Positions 43,685 to 51,903 of a stretch of DNA of 62,939 nucleotides are shown here, in pieces. The notes below the pieces were generated by a model. The model had not been told where the DNA came from. It did not search any database and saw only the letters and a program-made list of their open reading frames with translations. The DNA lies in NCBI GenBank assembly GCA_016219025.1, contig JACRCM010000100.1, positions 1 to 62,939 of the forward strand. Reading direction: 5' to 3'. Positions within the stretch are counted from its first letter, which is position 1, and each line of letters starts with the position of its first letter. Source of the stretch: Deltaproteobacteria bacterium. Lineage in GTDB: Bacteria > Desulfobacterota > GWC2-55-46. The position numbers and the translations under genes are program-made.

Positions 43685-44123
43685 AGGCCGGGGGCTTTCG
43701 CGGCTTCTTTTGTGGCATGTCTTGAATATGTAAACAAGCATAGCAGAAATATCTATGCCTTGAGTTAGCTCTTATATAAAGAAGGTCGCGAAGGAATGAA
43801 CGGATTTTAAGGCAGAATTATTTTATATTCCCAGAAGCCATCTATTAGGGAACCTCTGAGTTATTCACGTTAAGACCAAGATATCTGTCCATGGCTCGTT
43901 CAATGAATGGGATTATTGCGTCGGTTGCCGGTCGGGGCGGCGGGTTTCGTCCGTTTTGCGCCGCCCTTTACGCCGTTCGGCACGCTCAGGGCGCGTTGCC
44001 GCTACGCCGCTTCCAACAGGCGTCTTCTCAGTATTCCGGGGACATCATACGTAATTATTTCCAACCCGCCCCTCTTTGGCATGAACGAGTCCTTCGGCGT
44101 AAGCGGGGATTATCTCCCCTCCG

Positions 44124-44930
44124 CTACCTCACCTGATCCGGCCTGTTGACCACTATCTCCGCGGCTCCGTTGTATTCCCTGACCCTGCCGGTAACGCTCA
44201 GGCGTTTGCCGGTGTAGGTCACGGGGTCTATGCCTGCCCTGGTGAACGCTTCGAGGCCGTCTCTGAAAACAACCGCCGTAAAAGAGCGTTTGCGGTATGG
44301 GCTGAAGTTTATGAACGCCACTTTGCCGGTCTTATGCACGTCCGCTACCACGCCCGTCACCGTCACGACCTCCCCTACGTGGCCCAGCGCCTCGGCGGGG
44401 GTTATCGTAACGGTCTTTCTGACCGCCATTTTGCCGACATCCCGAGCCCATAGCCCGGCGCGCCTGTTCATGGCCGAGGCAACGGCGTCCTTGAACTCAG
44501 CCGCCTTGGGAGTGCCGCACGGCGGTATGGTAAGCTGCCTTGCAAGCCCCTCCCGCAGGAGCGCCGCGCCCACGTCGGTCTTGTCCGCGTAGACGTATGC
44601 CAGGAGCCTGCCATACTTGTCGCGTTCTTGCTCCTTGCAGACCTCAAGCCTTATAACCTTCTTATCGACGAGCTCGGCGTTGCGCCTCGCCGCCTCTTCG
44701 TAGAAAGGCTCTCCCTTCTCCGGCGCGTCTATGCCGAGATACCTGACCTTGTCCCCGCCTTTTATGACGACGGTGTCGCCGTCTATGACGTAGACCACGG
44801 CGGCCAGGCGTTGCGAGCCATTACGGCCCCGCGCGGCGGCATGTGCAGGACATGGGGATAATAAGAAGATAATCAGCGGCAGGAAGGCCGCAAGGACAAC
44901 GCGGTTTATGCGATTGGCCGGGCTTACCAT
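44124..44930 (-). CDS. Secreted thermonuclease (SNase)-family nuclease with a C-terminal OB-fold-like domain
   Basis: From ATG 44930: MVSPANRINRVVLAAFLPLIIFLLSPCPAHA. SNase core: VIDGDTVVIKGGDKVRYLGIDAPEKGEPFYEEAARRN...RDKYGRLLAYVY. The C-terminal GEVVTVTGVVADVHKTGKVAFINF...VTGRVREYNGAAEIVV is OB-like. Confidence 0.8.
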   Translation of the reverse strand: MVSPANRINRVVLAAFLPLIIFLLSPCPAHAAARGRNGSQRLAAVVYVIDGDTVVIKGGDKVRYLGIDAPEKGEPFYEEAARRNAELVDKKVIRLEVCKEQERDKYGRLLAYVYADKTDVGAALLREGLARQLTIPPCGTPKAAEFKDAVASAMNRRAGLWARDVGKMAVRKTVTITPAEALGHVGEVVTVTGVVADVHKTGKVAFINFSPYRKRSFTAVVFRDGLEAFTRAGIDPVTYTGKRLSVTGRVREYNGAAEIVVNRPDQVR

Positions 44931-45466
44931 CTCTCCCTGAATTCGCGCATCTGCCTCTGGAGGTCGAGGAGTTCGGCCCTGAGCCTCTTGCAGTCGCACC
45001 CTTCCCTTGAGAGTTCGGAGGAGACCTCGTCGAGTTTCTTGGAGACGAGGCTGCTCATGGCGTTATAATCCTTGCTCATCTCCTCGAAGTTCGAGATGAA
45101 CCGGTTCGCGTGGCCGGCGAAGTTCCTGACGTGGAGGTCGTCTTTCGACCTGACCGTGATCCTACGCGAAAGCTCTCCGTCGGCTATGAGCTTCATTTGG
45201 TACTCTATGCGTTTGAACGGCCCAAGGAGCCTGTGAGTGAAAAAAATCGCGATGAGCATGACTATCACGACGTAGCCGACGACGAGAAATAGCCCCGTAA
45301 AAAACGTGTGCAGCCCGTAATGCGCGGTTACGGCCGAGGAGGCGGATTGGAGGAAGACCCCGGCGAGGAGCGCCACCACCGTGAGGAACGCGATGGTTAT
45401 CTGCACCTCGCGCGGGGCGAAGTGCCTCTGGATGATGGTATTTTTTTTCGCGGCGTCAGACGTCAT
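44924..45466 (-). CDS. HAMP-like membrane protein (180 aa), overlapping the nuclease gene by 7 nt
   Basis: From ATG 45466 (GGAGGA upstream): two TM helices, then THRLLGPFKRIEYQMKLIADGELSRRITVRSKDDLHVRNFAGHANRFI (HAMP-like) and a coiled C-terminus. Confidence 0.65.
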   Translation of the reverse strand: MTSDAAKKNTIIQRHFAPREVQITIAFLTVVALLAGVFLQSASSAVTAHYGLHTFFTGLFLVVGYVVIVMLIAIFFTHRLLGPFKRIEYQMKLIADGELSRRITVRSKDDLHVRNFAGHANRFISNFEEMSKDYNAMSSLVSKKLDEVSSELSREGCDCKRLRAELLDLQRQMREFRERW

Positions 45467-45571
45467 AACCTTTTTCCTCCTTGCGCAACCTGTGTCCGCG
45501 GCCCATGATTTTATGATATACGCCATGCCGAGCGTTTGTCAAGGACAAGACCCCACCGGGTCATTATTACC

Positions 45572-45600
45572 TTGACTCCACTTTACCGTAAACTTACTAT
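45572..45600 (+). promoter_or_regulatory. Sigma70-type promoter (TTGACT - 17 nt - TACTAT, with TATAAT 3 nt further)
   Basis: Read directly. AAGGAGG and ATG 45652 lie downstream. Confidence 0.5.
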
Positions 45601-45651
45601 ATAATAAAGAAGGGCATGTGGCAGGTATGACCTTTTACAAGGAGGTAGGCC

Positions 45652-45852
45652 ATGAAGACAAAGATCGTCCGCATGGATAAAGGCACGGAAGGCGTCGCGG
45701 TGCCGGATGAGTTTCTAAGGCAGCTTGAGCTCATACCCGGGGCGGAGGTTGAGGTCATGCTCGATAAGAAGCGCAAGTGGATAATCATCCGTCCCATGCA
45801 CGGCGAGGACTTTCTGGAGCACTTCCGCGGCACCATGGAGACGATGGCATGA
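45652..45852 (+). CDS. AbrB/MazE/SpoVT-family DNA-binding protein (66 aa)
   Basis: MKTKIVRMDKGTEGVAVPDEFLRQLELIPGAEVEVMLDKKRKWIIIRP is a SpoVT-AbrB swapped-hairpin pattern. ATGA overlap with the next gene. Confidence 0.7.
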   Translation: MKTKIVRMDKGTEGVAVPDEFLRQLELIPGAEVEVMLDKKRKWIIIRPMHGEDFLEHFRGTMETMA

Positions 45853-46292
45853 AGATATACAAGCTCCCGCTCCTTGCCGAGGCCCAGGACAACGGCGTCT
45901 ATCGTCTCGGAAGCGAAGAACTCCACACCGACGGCGTTGACCTCGCATACGGAAGGCTCCGGCCAAAGGAGGCCGCCCGTCCCGTCGCCATCGCCCCGGG
46001 CAGGGAAGGCGTCGTCTGCGTCATAAAAGGGCGCATAAGCGTCAAGTGCGGCCGGTCGGTCTTCGCCGTGTCAACGGGCGAGGCGTTCCATGCGGCCCCT
46101 GGCGCGTCCTTTACCTTCGAGAACCCCGGCGAAGCCGAGGCCGTCTATCTGATAGCGGGCGGACAGGCGGGCGCGAGGCGTCAGGAAGCCGCCGCCGCCT
46201 CGCCGCAAAAGACGGTTCAAGGCGAAACCACGGCGCCTTGCGAGGAGACCGTCTACGACATCACGAGGGACGATACGGACACGGTTGACTAA
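45849..46292 (+). CDS. Cupin-domain protein (147 aa)
   Basis: GVVCVIKGRISVKCGRSVFAVSTGEAFHAAPGASFTFENPGEAEAVYL is a cupin beta-barrel pattern. Translationally coupled to the AbrB-like gene. Confidence 0.65.
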   Translation: MKIYKLPLLAEAQDNGVYRLGSEELHTDGVDLAYGRLRPKEAARPVAIAPGREGVVCVIKGRISVKCGRSVFAVSTGEAFHAAPGASFTFENPGEAEAVYLIAGGQAGARRQEAAAASPQKTVQGETTAPCEETVYDITRDDTDTVD

Positions 46293-46487
46293 AACCTTCC
46301 ACGCGGCTATAATCTCACATAGGATGCGCATCAGGCCAGCCCGGAGGTAACGGGCGTGGAAGTAAAAAACCTTCCACGCGGCTATAATCTCACACAAGGT
46401 GCGCATCAGGCCAGCCCGGAGGTAACGGGCGTGGAAGTAAAAAACCTTCCACGCGGCTATAATCTCACATAGGATGCGCATCAGGCC
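46291..46487 (+). repeat. Tandem array of 2.6 x 75 nt, starting at the cupin stop codon. Each unit has a 9-bp hairpin, a perfect TATAAT and GGA motifs. Candidate regulatory or sRNA locus.
   Basis: CCTTCCACGCGGCTATAATCTCACA(T/C)A(G/A)G(A/G)TGCGCATCAGGCCAGCCCGGAGGTAACGGGCGTGGAAGTAAAAAA begins at 46295, 46370 and 46445 (the third is partial). GCGTGGAAG/CTTCCACGC pair across unit junctions. Confidence 0.9.
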
Positions 46488-46571
46488 ACACCCTCCACGG
46501 AAAATCATCACCCTGAATATATCGTCAACGGAACGTAGTTCATCGCGTCTTGTAAAGAACGGGATAACGCA

Positions 46572-47726
46572 TTGAACGAACCGGCAAAGGCGCGGCTCCT
46601 CGTGGCCGATGACGACGAGTTGAGTCTGCGCATAATAGGCGATCTGCTGACCGGATACGGCTACGCGCACGTGAGCGCGAGGGACGGCGCCGAGGCCGTG
46701 GAAAAGGCCAAGGAGATGCTCCCGGACCTAATATTCCTCGACATCGTCATGCCAGGCATGGACGGGTTCGAGGCGTGCAGGAGGCTGCGCGGTTATCCCC
46801 CGACCGCCCACACCCCCATCATCATCGTGACGACCCTTACGGACAAGGAGACGAGGCTCAAGGCGCTTGATCTCGGGGCCACCGACTTCCTCACCAAGCC
46901 CGTGGACCCGCTCGAGGTGATGGTCAGGACGAGGAACCTCCTTGAGCTTAAAAAATTCGGGGACTTTCTCAAGTCCCACAACGAGACGCTCGACGCCGAG
47001 GTCAAGAGACGCACCGCCCAGATCAAGCGCGCCCTCCTTGAGGTGACGAGCGCGAACGAGTCGCTCAAGGAATCGAGGAAGATAATCAAAGACAGCTACA
47101 TAGACACCGTGCACAAGCTGACCATCATAGCCGAGTACAGGGACAACGACACGGCGCTGCACCTCAAGAGGGTGGGCTATCTGTGCGCGCACCTCGCAAC
47201 CTCGCTCGGCTGGCCCGAAGACGAAATTGAGACGATATTTTACGCCTCTCCCATGCACGACATCGGCAAGGTGGCGATACCGTCCGACATACTCCTCAAG
47301 CCGGAGGGCCTCACAGCCGAGGAGTTCGCGCTGATGAAGACGCACACGGCCATCGGCGCGGACATACTCAAGGGGTCGGTATCGCGCATCCTCCACATGG
47401 CCGAGAGGATCGCGCTCGGCCACCACGAGAGGTGGGACGGCAAGGGATACCCGGCCGGGCTAAGGGGCGAGGATGTGCCGCTGGAGGCGAACGTGATGAA
47501 CATAGTGGACCAGTACGACGCGCTCAGGAGCCACAGGCCGTACAAGCTCGCCTACAGCCACCAGAAGGCGCTCGGGGTCATCACGAAGGGCGACGGCAGG
47601 ACCATGCCGTCGCACTTCAACCCCATCCTCCTCGAGGCGTTCAAGGACAACCACAGGGAGTTCGCGCGGATATACGACGAGCACGGCGAGCCGCCGGCCC
47701 AGGCAGACTTCTTGCCGAGGACGTAG
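46572..47726 (+). CDS. Response regulator receiver + HD-GYP domain protein (RpfG-type c-di-GMP phosphodiesterase), paralogue 1
   Basis: REC: LLVADDDELSLRII...DLIFLDIVMPGMDGFEAC...K. HD-GYP: YASPMHDIGKVAIP...HHERWDGKGYPAGL. Apparent TTG start. Confidence 0.85.
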   Translation: MNEPAKARLLVADDDELSLRIIGDLLTGYGYAHVSARDGAEAVEKAKEMLPDLIFLDIVMPGMDGFEACRRLRGYPPTAHTPIIIVTTLTDKETRLKALDLGATDFLTKPVDPLEVMVRTRNLLELKKFGDFLKSHNETLDAEVKRRTAQIKRALLEVTSANESLKESRKIIKDSYIDTVHKLTIIAEYRDNDTALHLKRVGYLCAHLATSLGWPEDEIETIFYASPMHDIGKVAIPSDILLKPEGLTAEEFALMKTHTAIGADILKGSVSRILHMAERIALGHHERWDGKGYPAGLRGEDVPLEANVMNIVDQYDALRSHRPYKLAYSHQKALGVITKGDGRTMPSHFNPILLEAFKDNHREFARIYDEHGEPPAQADFLPRT

Positions 47727-47760
47727 CCGGCCGGGCCGTCAAACCAAGGGGAGCAGGCAG

Positions 47761-48891
47761 ATGCCGCAAGCGTTCAGGGAAGAAAAAAAACCGAAAAAAA
47801 TCCTGGTCGTGGACGACCAGAAGATAGTCCGGCACTTCATGACGACGGTGCTGGAGCGGCACGGCTATCAATTCCAGACCGCGGACAACGGCATCGAGGG
47901 CATAGCAAGGGCCAAGGAACTGAAGCCCGACCTCATCTACCTCGACCTGATGATGCCCCTGATGGACGGCTTCGAGACGTGCCGGACGCTCAAGAAAGAC
48001 CCCCTCATGTGGCACATCCCCATCATCATGATAACCGCCTCCTCGGACAGGGACTCAAGACTCAAGGCGCTGGACTGCGGGGTGAACGACTTCCTCAACA
48101 AGCCCGTGGACCCGGTCGAGCTGATGCTCCGGACGAAGAACCTTCTCCGCGTCAAGGAGTTCGACGACTTCCTGCGGGAGTATACGGTTGTGCTGGACGC
48201 GGAGGTGAGGAAGAGGACCGAGTCGCTCAACTCCACCAACGCGGCGCTCTCCGACTCCAGACGCGAATTGAAACAGGGATACATAGACACCGTGCACAAG
48301 CTGACGATGATAGCCGAGCACAAGGACGTGGACACGGCCGCGCATATAAAGCGAGTCGGGTATCTCTCGGCCTTCCTTGCCGGGGTCATAGGCTGGGACC
48401 AGGACGGGGTCGAGACGATCTTCTACGCCTCCCCCATGCACGACATCGGCAAGGTGGCCATACCCGCGGACATACTATTAAAACCCGGCAAGCTCACCAG
48501 GGAGGAGTTCGTCCTGATGAAGACCCATGCGTCAGTCGGCGCGAGCATACTCAAAGGGTCGCAGTCCAGCATACTCAGGATGGCCGAGCGGATAGCCTTC
48601 ACCCACCACGAGAGGTGGGACGGCGGGGGCTATCCGTCCGGCGTAAAGGCGGCGGAGATACCCGTGGAAGGCTCGATAATGAACATCGTCGACCAGTACG
48701 ACGCCTTGCGGAGCCACAGGCCGTACAAACCCCCCTTTAGCCACGCCAAGGCCGTCGAGATAATCACCCAGGGCAACGGCAGAACCGAGCCGGCCCACTT
48801 CAACCCCGTCATAATGGCGGCGTTCAAGGACAACCACAAGGAATTCGCAAGGATCTACGACGAACACAGCGCGGGGGAGAGGACGGCGTGA
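47761..48891 (+). CDS. Response regulator receiver + HD-GYP domain protein, paralogue 2 (tandem duplicate)
   Basis: Same architecture, with long identical stretches shared with paralogue 1 (YIDTVHKLT.IAE, ETIFYASPMHDIGKVAIP, MNIVDQYDALRSHRPYK, FKDNH.EFARIYDEH). Confidence 0.85.
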   Translation: MPQAFREEKKPKKILVVDDQKIVRHFMTTVLERHGYQFQTADNGIEGIARAKELKPDLIYLDLMMPLMDGFETCRTLKKDPLMWHIPIIMITASSDRDSRLKALDCGVNDFLNKPVDPVELMLRTKNLLRVKEFDDFLREYTVVLDAEVRKRTESLNSTNAALSDSRRELKQGYIDTVHKLTMIAEHKDVDTAAHIKRVGYLSAFLAGVIGWDQDGVETIFYASPMHDIGKVAIPADILLKPGKLTREEFVLMKTHASVGASILKGSQSSILRMAERIAFTHHERWDGGGYPSGVKAAEIPVEGSIMNIVDQYDALRSHRPYKPPFSHAKAVEIITQGNGRTEPAHFNPVIMAAFKDNHKEFARIYDEHSAGERTA

Positions 48892-48972
48892 GAAGGTGAA
48901 TAAGGGACGGGCGTTTTAACGCCCTGCGTGATAATTGTTGCTATAAGGAGGCTGTCTGCGCTTCTTGCCGCA

Positions 48973-49602
48973 TCATCTTGCCAGCACCTCCCTTGAAACG
49001 GAGAAAAATTCATGGAGGGCGCCGTTTGCATCCGGCCTTAGATAGCAATCTCCGGCCCATTGCAGTATCTCGTCATCGGGCGCCTCGCCGAGCGTGCCAA
49101 TCAATCCCTGCGCATGACTATGCCGCCTGCCCTTGAGTAAAGGACAGTTCAGATTCAATAACTCAATCATATAATTGGCCTTAGCCTGTCCGTTGCCGTC
49201 AAGTCCATTGACAGGGATGACAGAGCCGTCAGACAAATATCGGAAGAGCCGTGCGGTCGCCGGGTCGTGGGGCGATGAGAATCGAGCGGCGTCATATCCG
49301 TTGCCTCTGTAATGCCCGCAGTGCCGATTAGCGTCCGCGCCTCCGTTGCAGGACACAGCCAAGTTCGAGTAATCGTATATCAACCGGGGTTTTATACTTC
49401 TCGGCACGAGGTGTTCGATGAGGCTCTTATCCTTGTCAATTTTCGAATCGCAGCAGCAACAGAGATATGCCTGTTCTTTCCGCAGGACCTCGCCAACTTG
49501 CCTATAACATGCGGATTGGTTTCTGTTAAAATCGTCCCAATCCTGACAGGCTGGTTGGTGATCGAGGCACAGCGGATGCTGATCCTTGATGATGGTTCTC
49601 AT
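48973..49602 (-). CDS. ptuB: HNH-type endonuclease, TIGR02646-like (Septu PtuB-like)
   Basis: CCCCDSKIDKDKSLIEHLVPRS...DYSNLAVSCNG...HCGHYRGN has the HNH-like spacing of Cys/His/Asn. ATGA overlap with the upstream ATPase gene. GC is visibly lower than in neighbours. Confidence 0.6.
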   Translation of the reverse strand: MRTIIKDQHPLCLDHQPACQDWDDFNRNQSACYRQVGEVLRKEQAYLCCCCDSKIDKDKSLIEHLVPRSIKPRLIYDYSNLAVSCNGGADANRHCGHYRGNGYDAARFSSPHDPATARLFRYLSDGSVIPVNGLDGNGQAKANYMIELLNLNCPLLKGRRHSHAQGLIGTLGEAPDDEILQWAGDCYLRPDANGALHEFFSVSREVLAR

Positions 49603-51029
49603 TGGCGGCGGCGTAAGACCTTCAATTGGCTGATTCGCATATCAGCGGTGATTAGGCCAGGGTCGTGCCTGCCCAAGGCATCTTCCAACTCGCGGCGGAG
49701 GGTTTGCCCCTCCTCGGACGCCTCTTGCTGATCCTCCACCAATGCGAGATACCGCCTCAGCTTGCCCGTCGTCTCAACGCCTTGCGGTCTGGAATCAACC
49801 CCGAATATCTCTTGGAGCACGCGGGGGCTTTCCGCGCCGTAGGTGCCTGCATCATCAGACAATTCCTCCACCGTGCCGTCGGCTGACAGCAGACGGATAT
49901 TCTCCTTACGGACAGTCGAGAGCACCTGCGGGCTGTGCGTCGTTACAATGAACTGTATCTGCGGGAACGCATTACGGAGCGGCGCGATAACCGTCTGCTG
50001 CCATTCGGGGTGCAGGTGCATGTCCACCTCGTCCATCAAGACGATGCCCGGCGTCTCTTTGGCGGCGTTCGCGCCGAGATGGGAATTCAGGCGGACGGCA
50101 CGGTGGGCGATGTCGGCGACTATGCCTATCATATTGCGGATGCCGTCGCTCAGTCAATCCACAGGCAACTGTCCGTACAGCGCATGTTCCGCGACGATGC
50201 CGTCCTTCGCGCTCTTGAACGCGATGCCATGCCAGCCGCTCGGCTCAAGCACGCTGTCCACCGCGCCCCGCACAGCAGATAGCCTTGCCAGTATCTCCGT
50301 GAGCGCCTTCGGGTTGAAGCGCTCCTCATACTCGGCCCTGCAGAGGCGCTCTAACCAATCGGCAAAGACCTTGTAGCGTGAGGCAGGATTCAGACAGTCC
50401 CTGTAACCCTCCGTCCGCGACGTCCTGCCGCTCGCCTTTTTGCCGGAGGTCAAACGTATTTCGCTCCACAAGCGCGCCGTGCCGTAATATAACACCAGAG
50501 GCAAAGTCGCATCAGATATTTTTCCTGTAGCGGCTTCCCTGACGTTCCTCTGAAGCTCCTCTGCATAAGCAATCAACGCAGAGGCTTTGGCGCAGGTCGC
50601 GTGAGAACCTTTGCTGTTCAATGCCCGCGACCATTCATTGTGCTGACCAGAAATCCAGCCCGTCATCTGCTGGCGCAACGGGTACTGCGGCTCGGATTCC
50701 TTCATGGCCTCATCTGGATTGGGTATCTGACGCACATCCGAGGGTTTAAAATGCGCGCCCTTGGCGACGTCGAACGCGCCGACGAACGGGCCTATGCCAA
50801 CGGCAACTGCATCCAGAACCGCGGTCTTACCACACCCGTTTTTAGCTACGATGACCGTTAGGCGCGGGTCAAACGCGATTTCTAGTTTAGAAAAACAGCG
50901 GTAGTTCTCCAGCGTCATGCCATCAATCCGCAGAAGAGACTGCGGCGCGCCGGTTTCCTTTGTCGGATTATTATCCGTCTCTTTATTCATATTATCCGCC
51001 ATGCTAACGCCTTCATGCCCCTCAGCCAC
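49599..51029 (-). pseudogene. ptuA: AAA_15/21-type ATPase (Septu PtuA-like) interrupted by one in-frame TGA (50154-50156)
   Basis: The N-terminal ORF (50154-51029) carries Walker A (LTVIVAKNGCGKTAVLDAV). The C-terminal ORF (49599-50132) carries Walker B/D-loop (IVLMDEVDMHLHPEWQ, VTTHSPQV). Both are in one frame: ...LYGQLPVD*LSDGIRNMIGIVADIAHR, so the ABC-signature-like LSDG follows the stop directly. Confidence 0.65.
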
Positions 51030-51037
51030 GCAACCCC

Positions 51038-51898
51038 CTACGCCCCTTCTATTATCCTCGCCACCCGCTCTTCAAGGCCGATGGCCATTATGTGGGCGCC
51101 GTGGCAGAACGTCTTGAGCTCGCGGAGCTGTCTTGAGGCTATCTTTATGCCTGCCTCGAGCTGGTCCTTCGAGGCTTCGAGTTCGTCTATCAACGCATGC
51201 GGGACGGTGACGCCGGGCACGTTGTCGTTAAGGTAACGCGCCATCTTGGCGGATTTGAGGAGCAGTATCCCTCCCAGGATCTTCACGCCCCGGCCCCCGG
51301 CCCCGTCGAAGAACCTCTTGAACCGCTCCATGTCGTATATGGCCTGGGTCTGGAAGAAACGCGCCCCGGCCATGACCTTCTTCTCGAACTTTATCTCCTC
51401 CGGCTCCCACGGCTCCGCCTCCGGGGCCACCACCGCGCCGACGTGAAAGTCCGTCCTGCCGCGAAGCTCCACGCCGTTGAGGTTCCTGCCGGAGTTGAGA
51501 GTGCTTATCAGACCGACGAGCTGGACGGAATCGAGGTCGAATACCGCCTTTGCCTCGCGGTGGTCTCCGGCGCAGACGTGGTCTCCGGTGAGCGCCAGTA
51601 TGTTGCGGACTCCCAACGCCCACGCGCCCATTATGTCGGACTGCAAGGCGATGCGGTTCCTGTCCCTGCACGTCATCTGAAAGACCGGCTCCACGCCTTC
51701 CTTGAGGAGGAGCACCGAGCAGGCGAGGGACGAAAGGCGCATCACCGCGCGCTGGTTGTCCGTGACGTTGGCCGCGGTTATCCTGCCCTTCAAAAGGCGC
51801 GCCTTCTCGATGAACGCGGAGGTGTCCGTGCCGCGGGGCGGGCATATCTCGGCGGTTATGACGAACCTGTTGGAGGCGAGTTCTTCTTTAAGGCTCAT
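51038..51898 (-). CDS. metF: Methylenetetrahydrofolate reductase
   Basis: FVITAEICPPRGTD...ANVTDNQRAVMRLSSLA...VFQMTCRDRNRIALQSDIMGAWALGVRNILALTGDH is the MTHFR family pattern. Confidence 0.85.
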   Translation of the reverse strand: MSLKEELASNRFVITAEICPPRGTDTSAFIEKARLLKGRITAANVTDNQRAVMRLSSLACSVLLLKEGVEPVFQMTCRDRNRIALQSDIMGAWALGVRNILALTGDHVCAGDHREAKAVFDLDSVQLVGLISTLNSGRNLNGVELRGRTDFHVGAVVAPEAEPWEPEEIKFEKKVMAGARFFQTQAIYDMERFKRFFDGAGGRGVKILGGILLLKSAKMARYLNDNVPGVTVPHALIDELEASKDQLEAGIKIASRQLRELKTFCHGAHIMAIGLEERVARIIEGA

Positions 51899-51903
51899 GT
51901 CCG

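Noticed and set aside
43891-44149. Two overlapping ~80-aa plus-strand ORFs downstream of the DASS transporter
   Set aside because: They lie in a repeat-containing intergenic region that holds a solo MITE terminus at 43848-43868. They have no RBS, are Arg/Pro-rich and show no motif.
46071-46670. 199-aa minus-strand ORF with the repeated peptide LMR(I/T)LCEIIAAWKVFYFHARYLRAG
   Set aside because: The peptide repeat is just the 75-nt tandem DNA array read through. The ORF overlaps the cupin gene and the regulator gene start, and has no RBS or start support.
50154-50156. UGA recoding (selenocysteine, or a code 4/25 reassignment) as an explanation for the in-frame stop in the PtuA-like gene
   Set aside because: Many well-supported genes here terminate at TGA (e.g. 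the rhodanese at 15070-15072, the dockerin protein, the AbrB-like gene). I see no SECIS-like hairpin directly downstream. The other interrupted gene uses TAA. A nonsense mutation or base error is more parsimonious.
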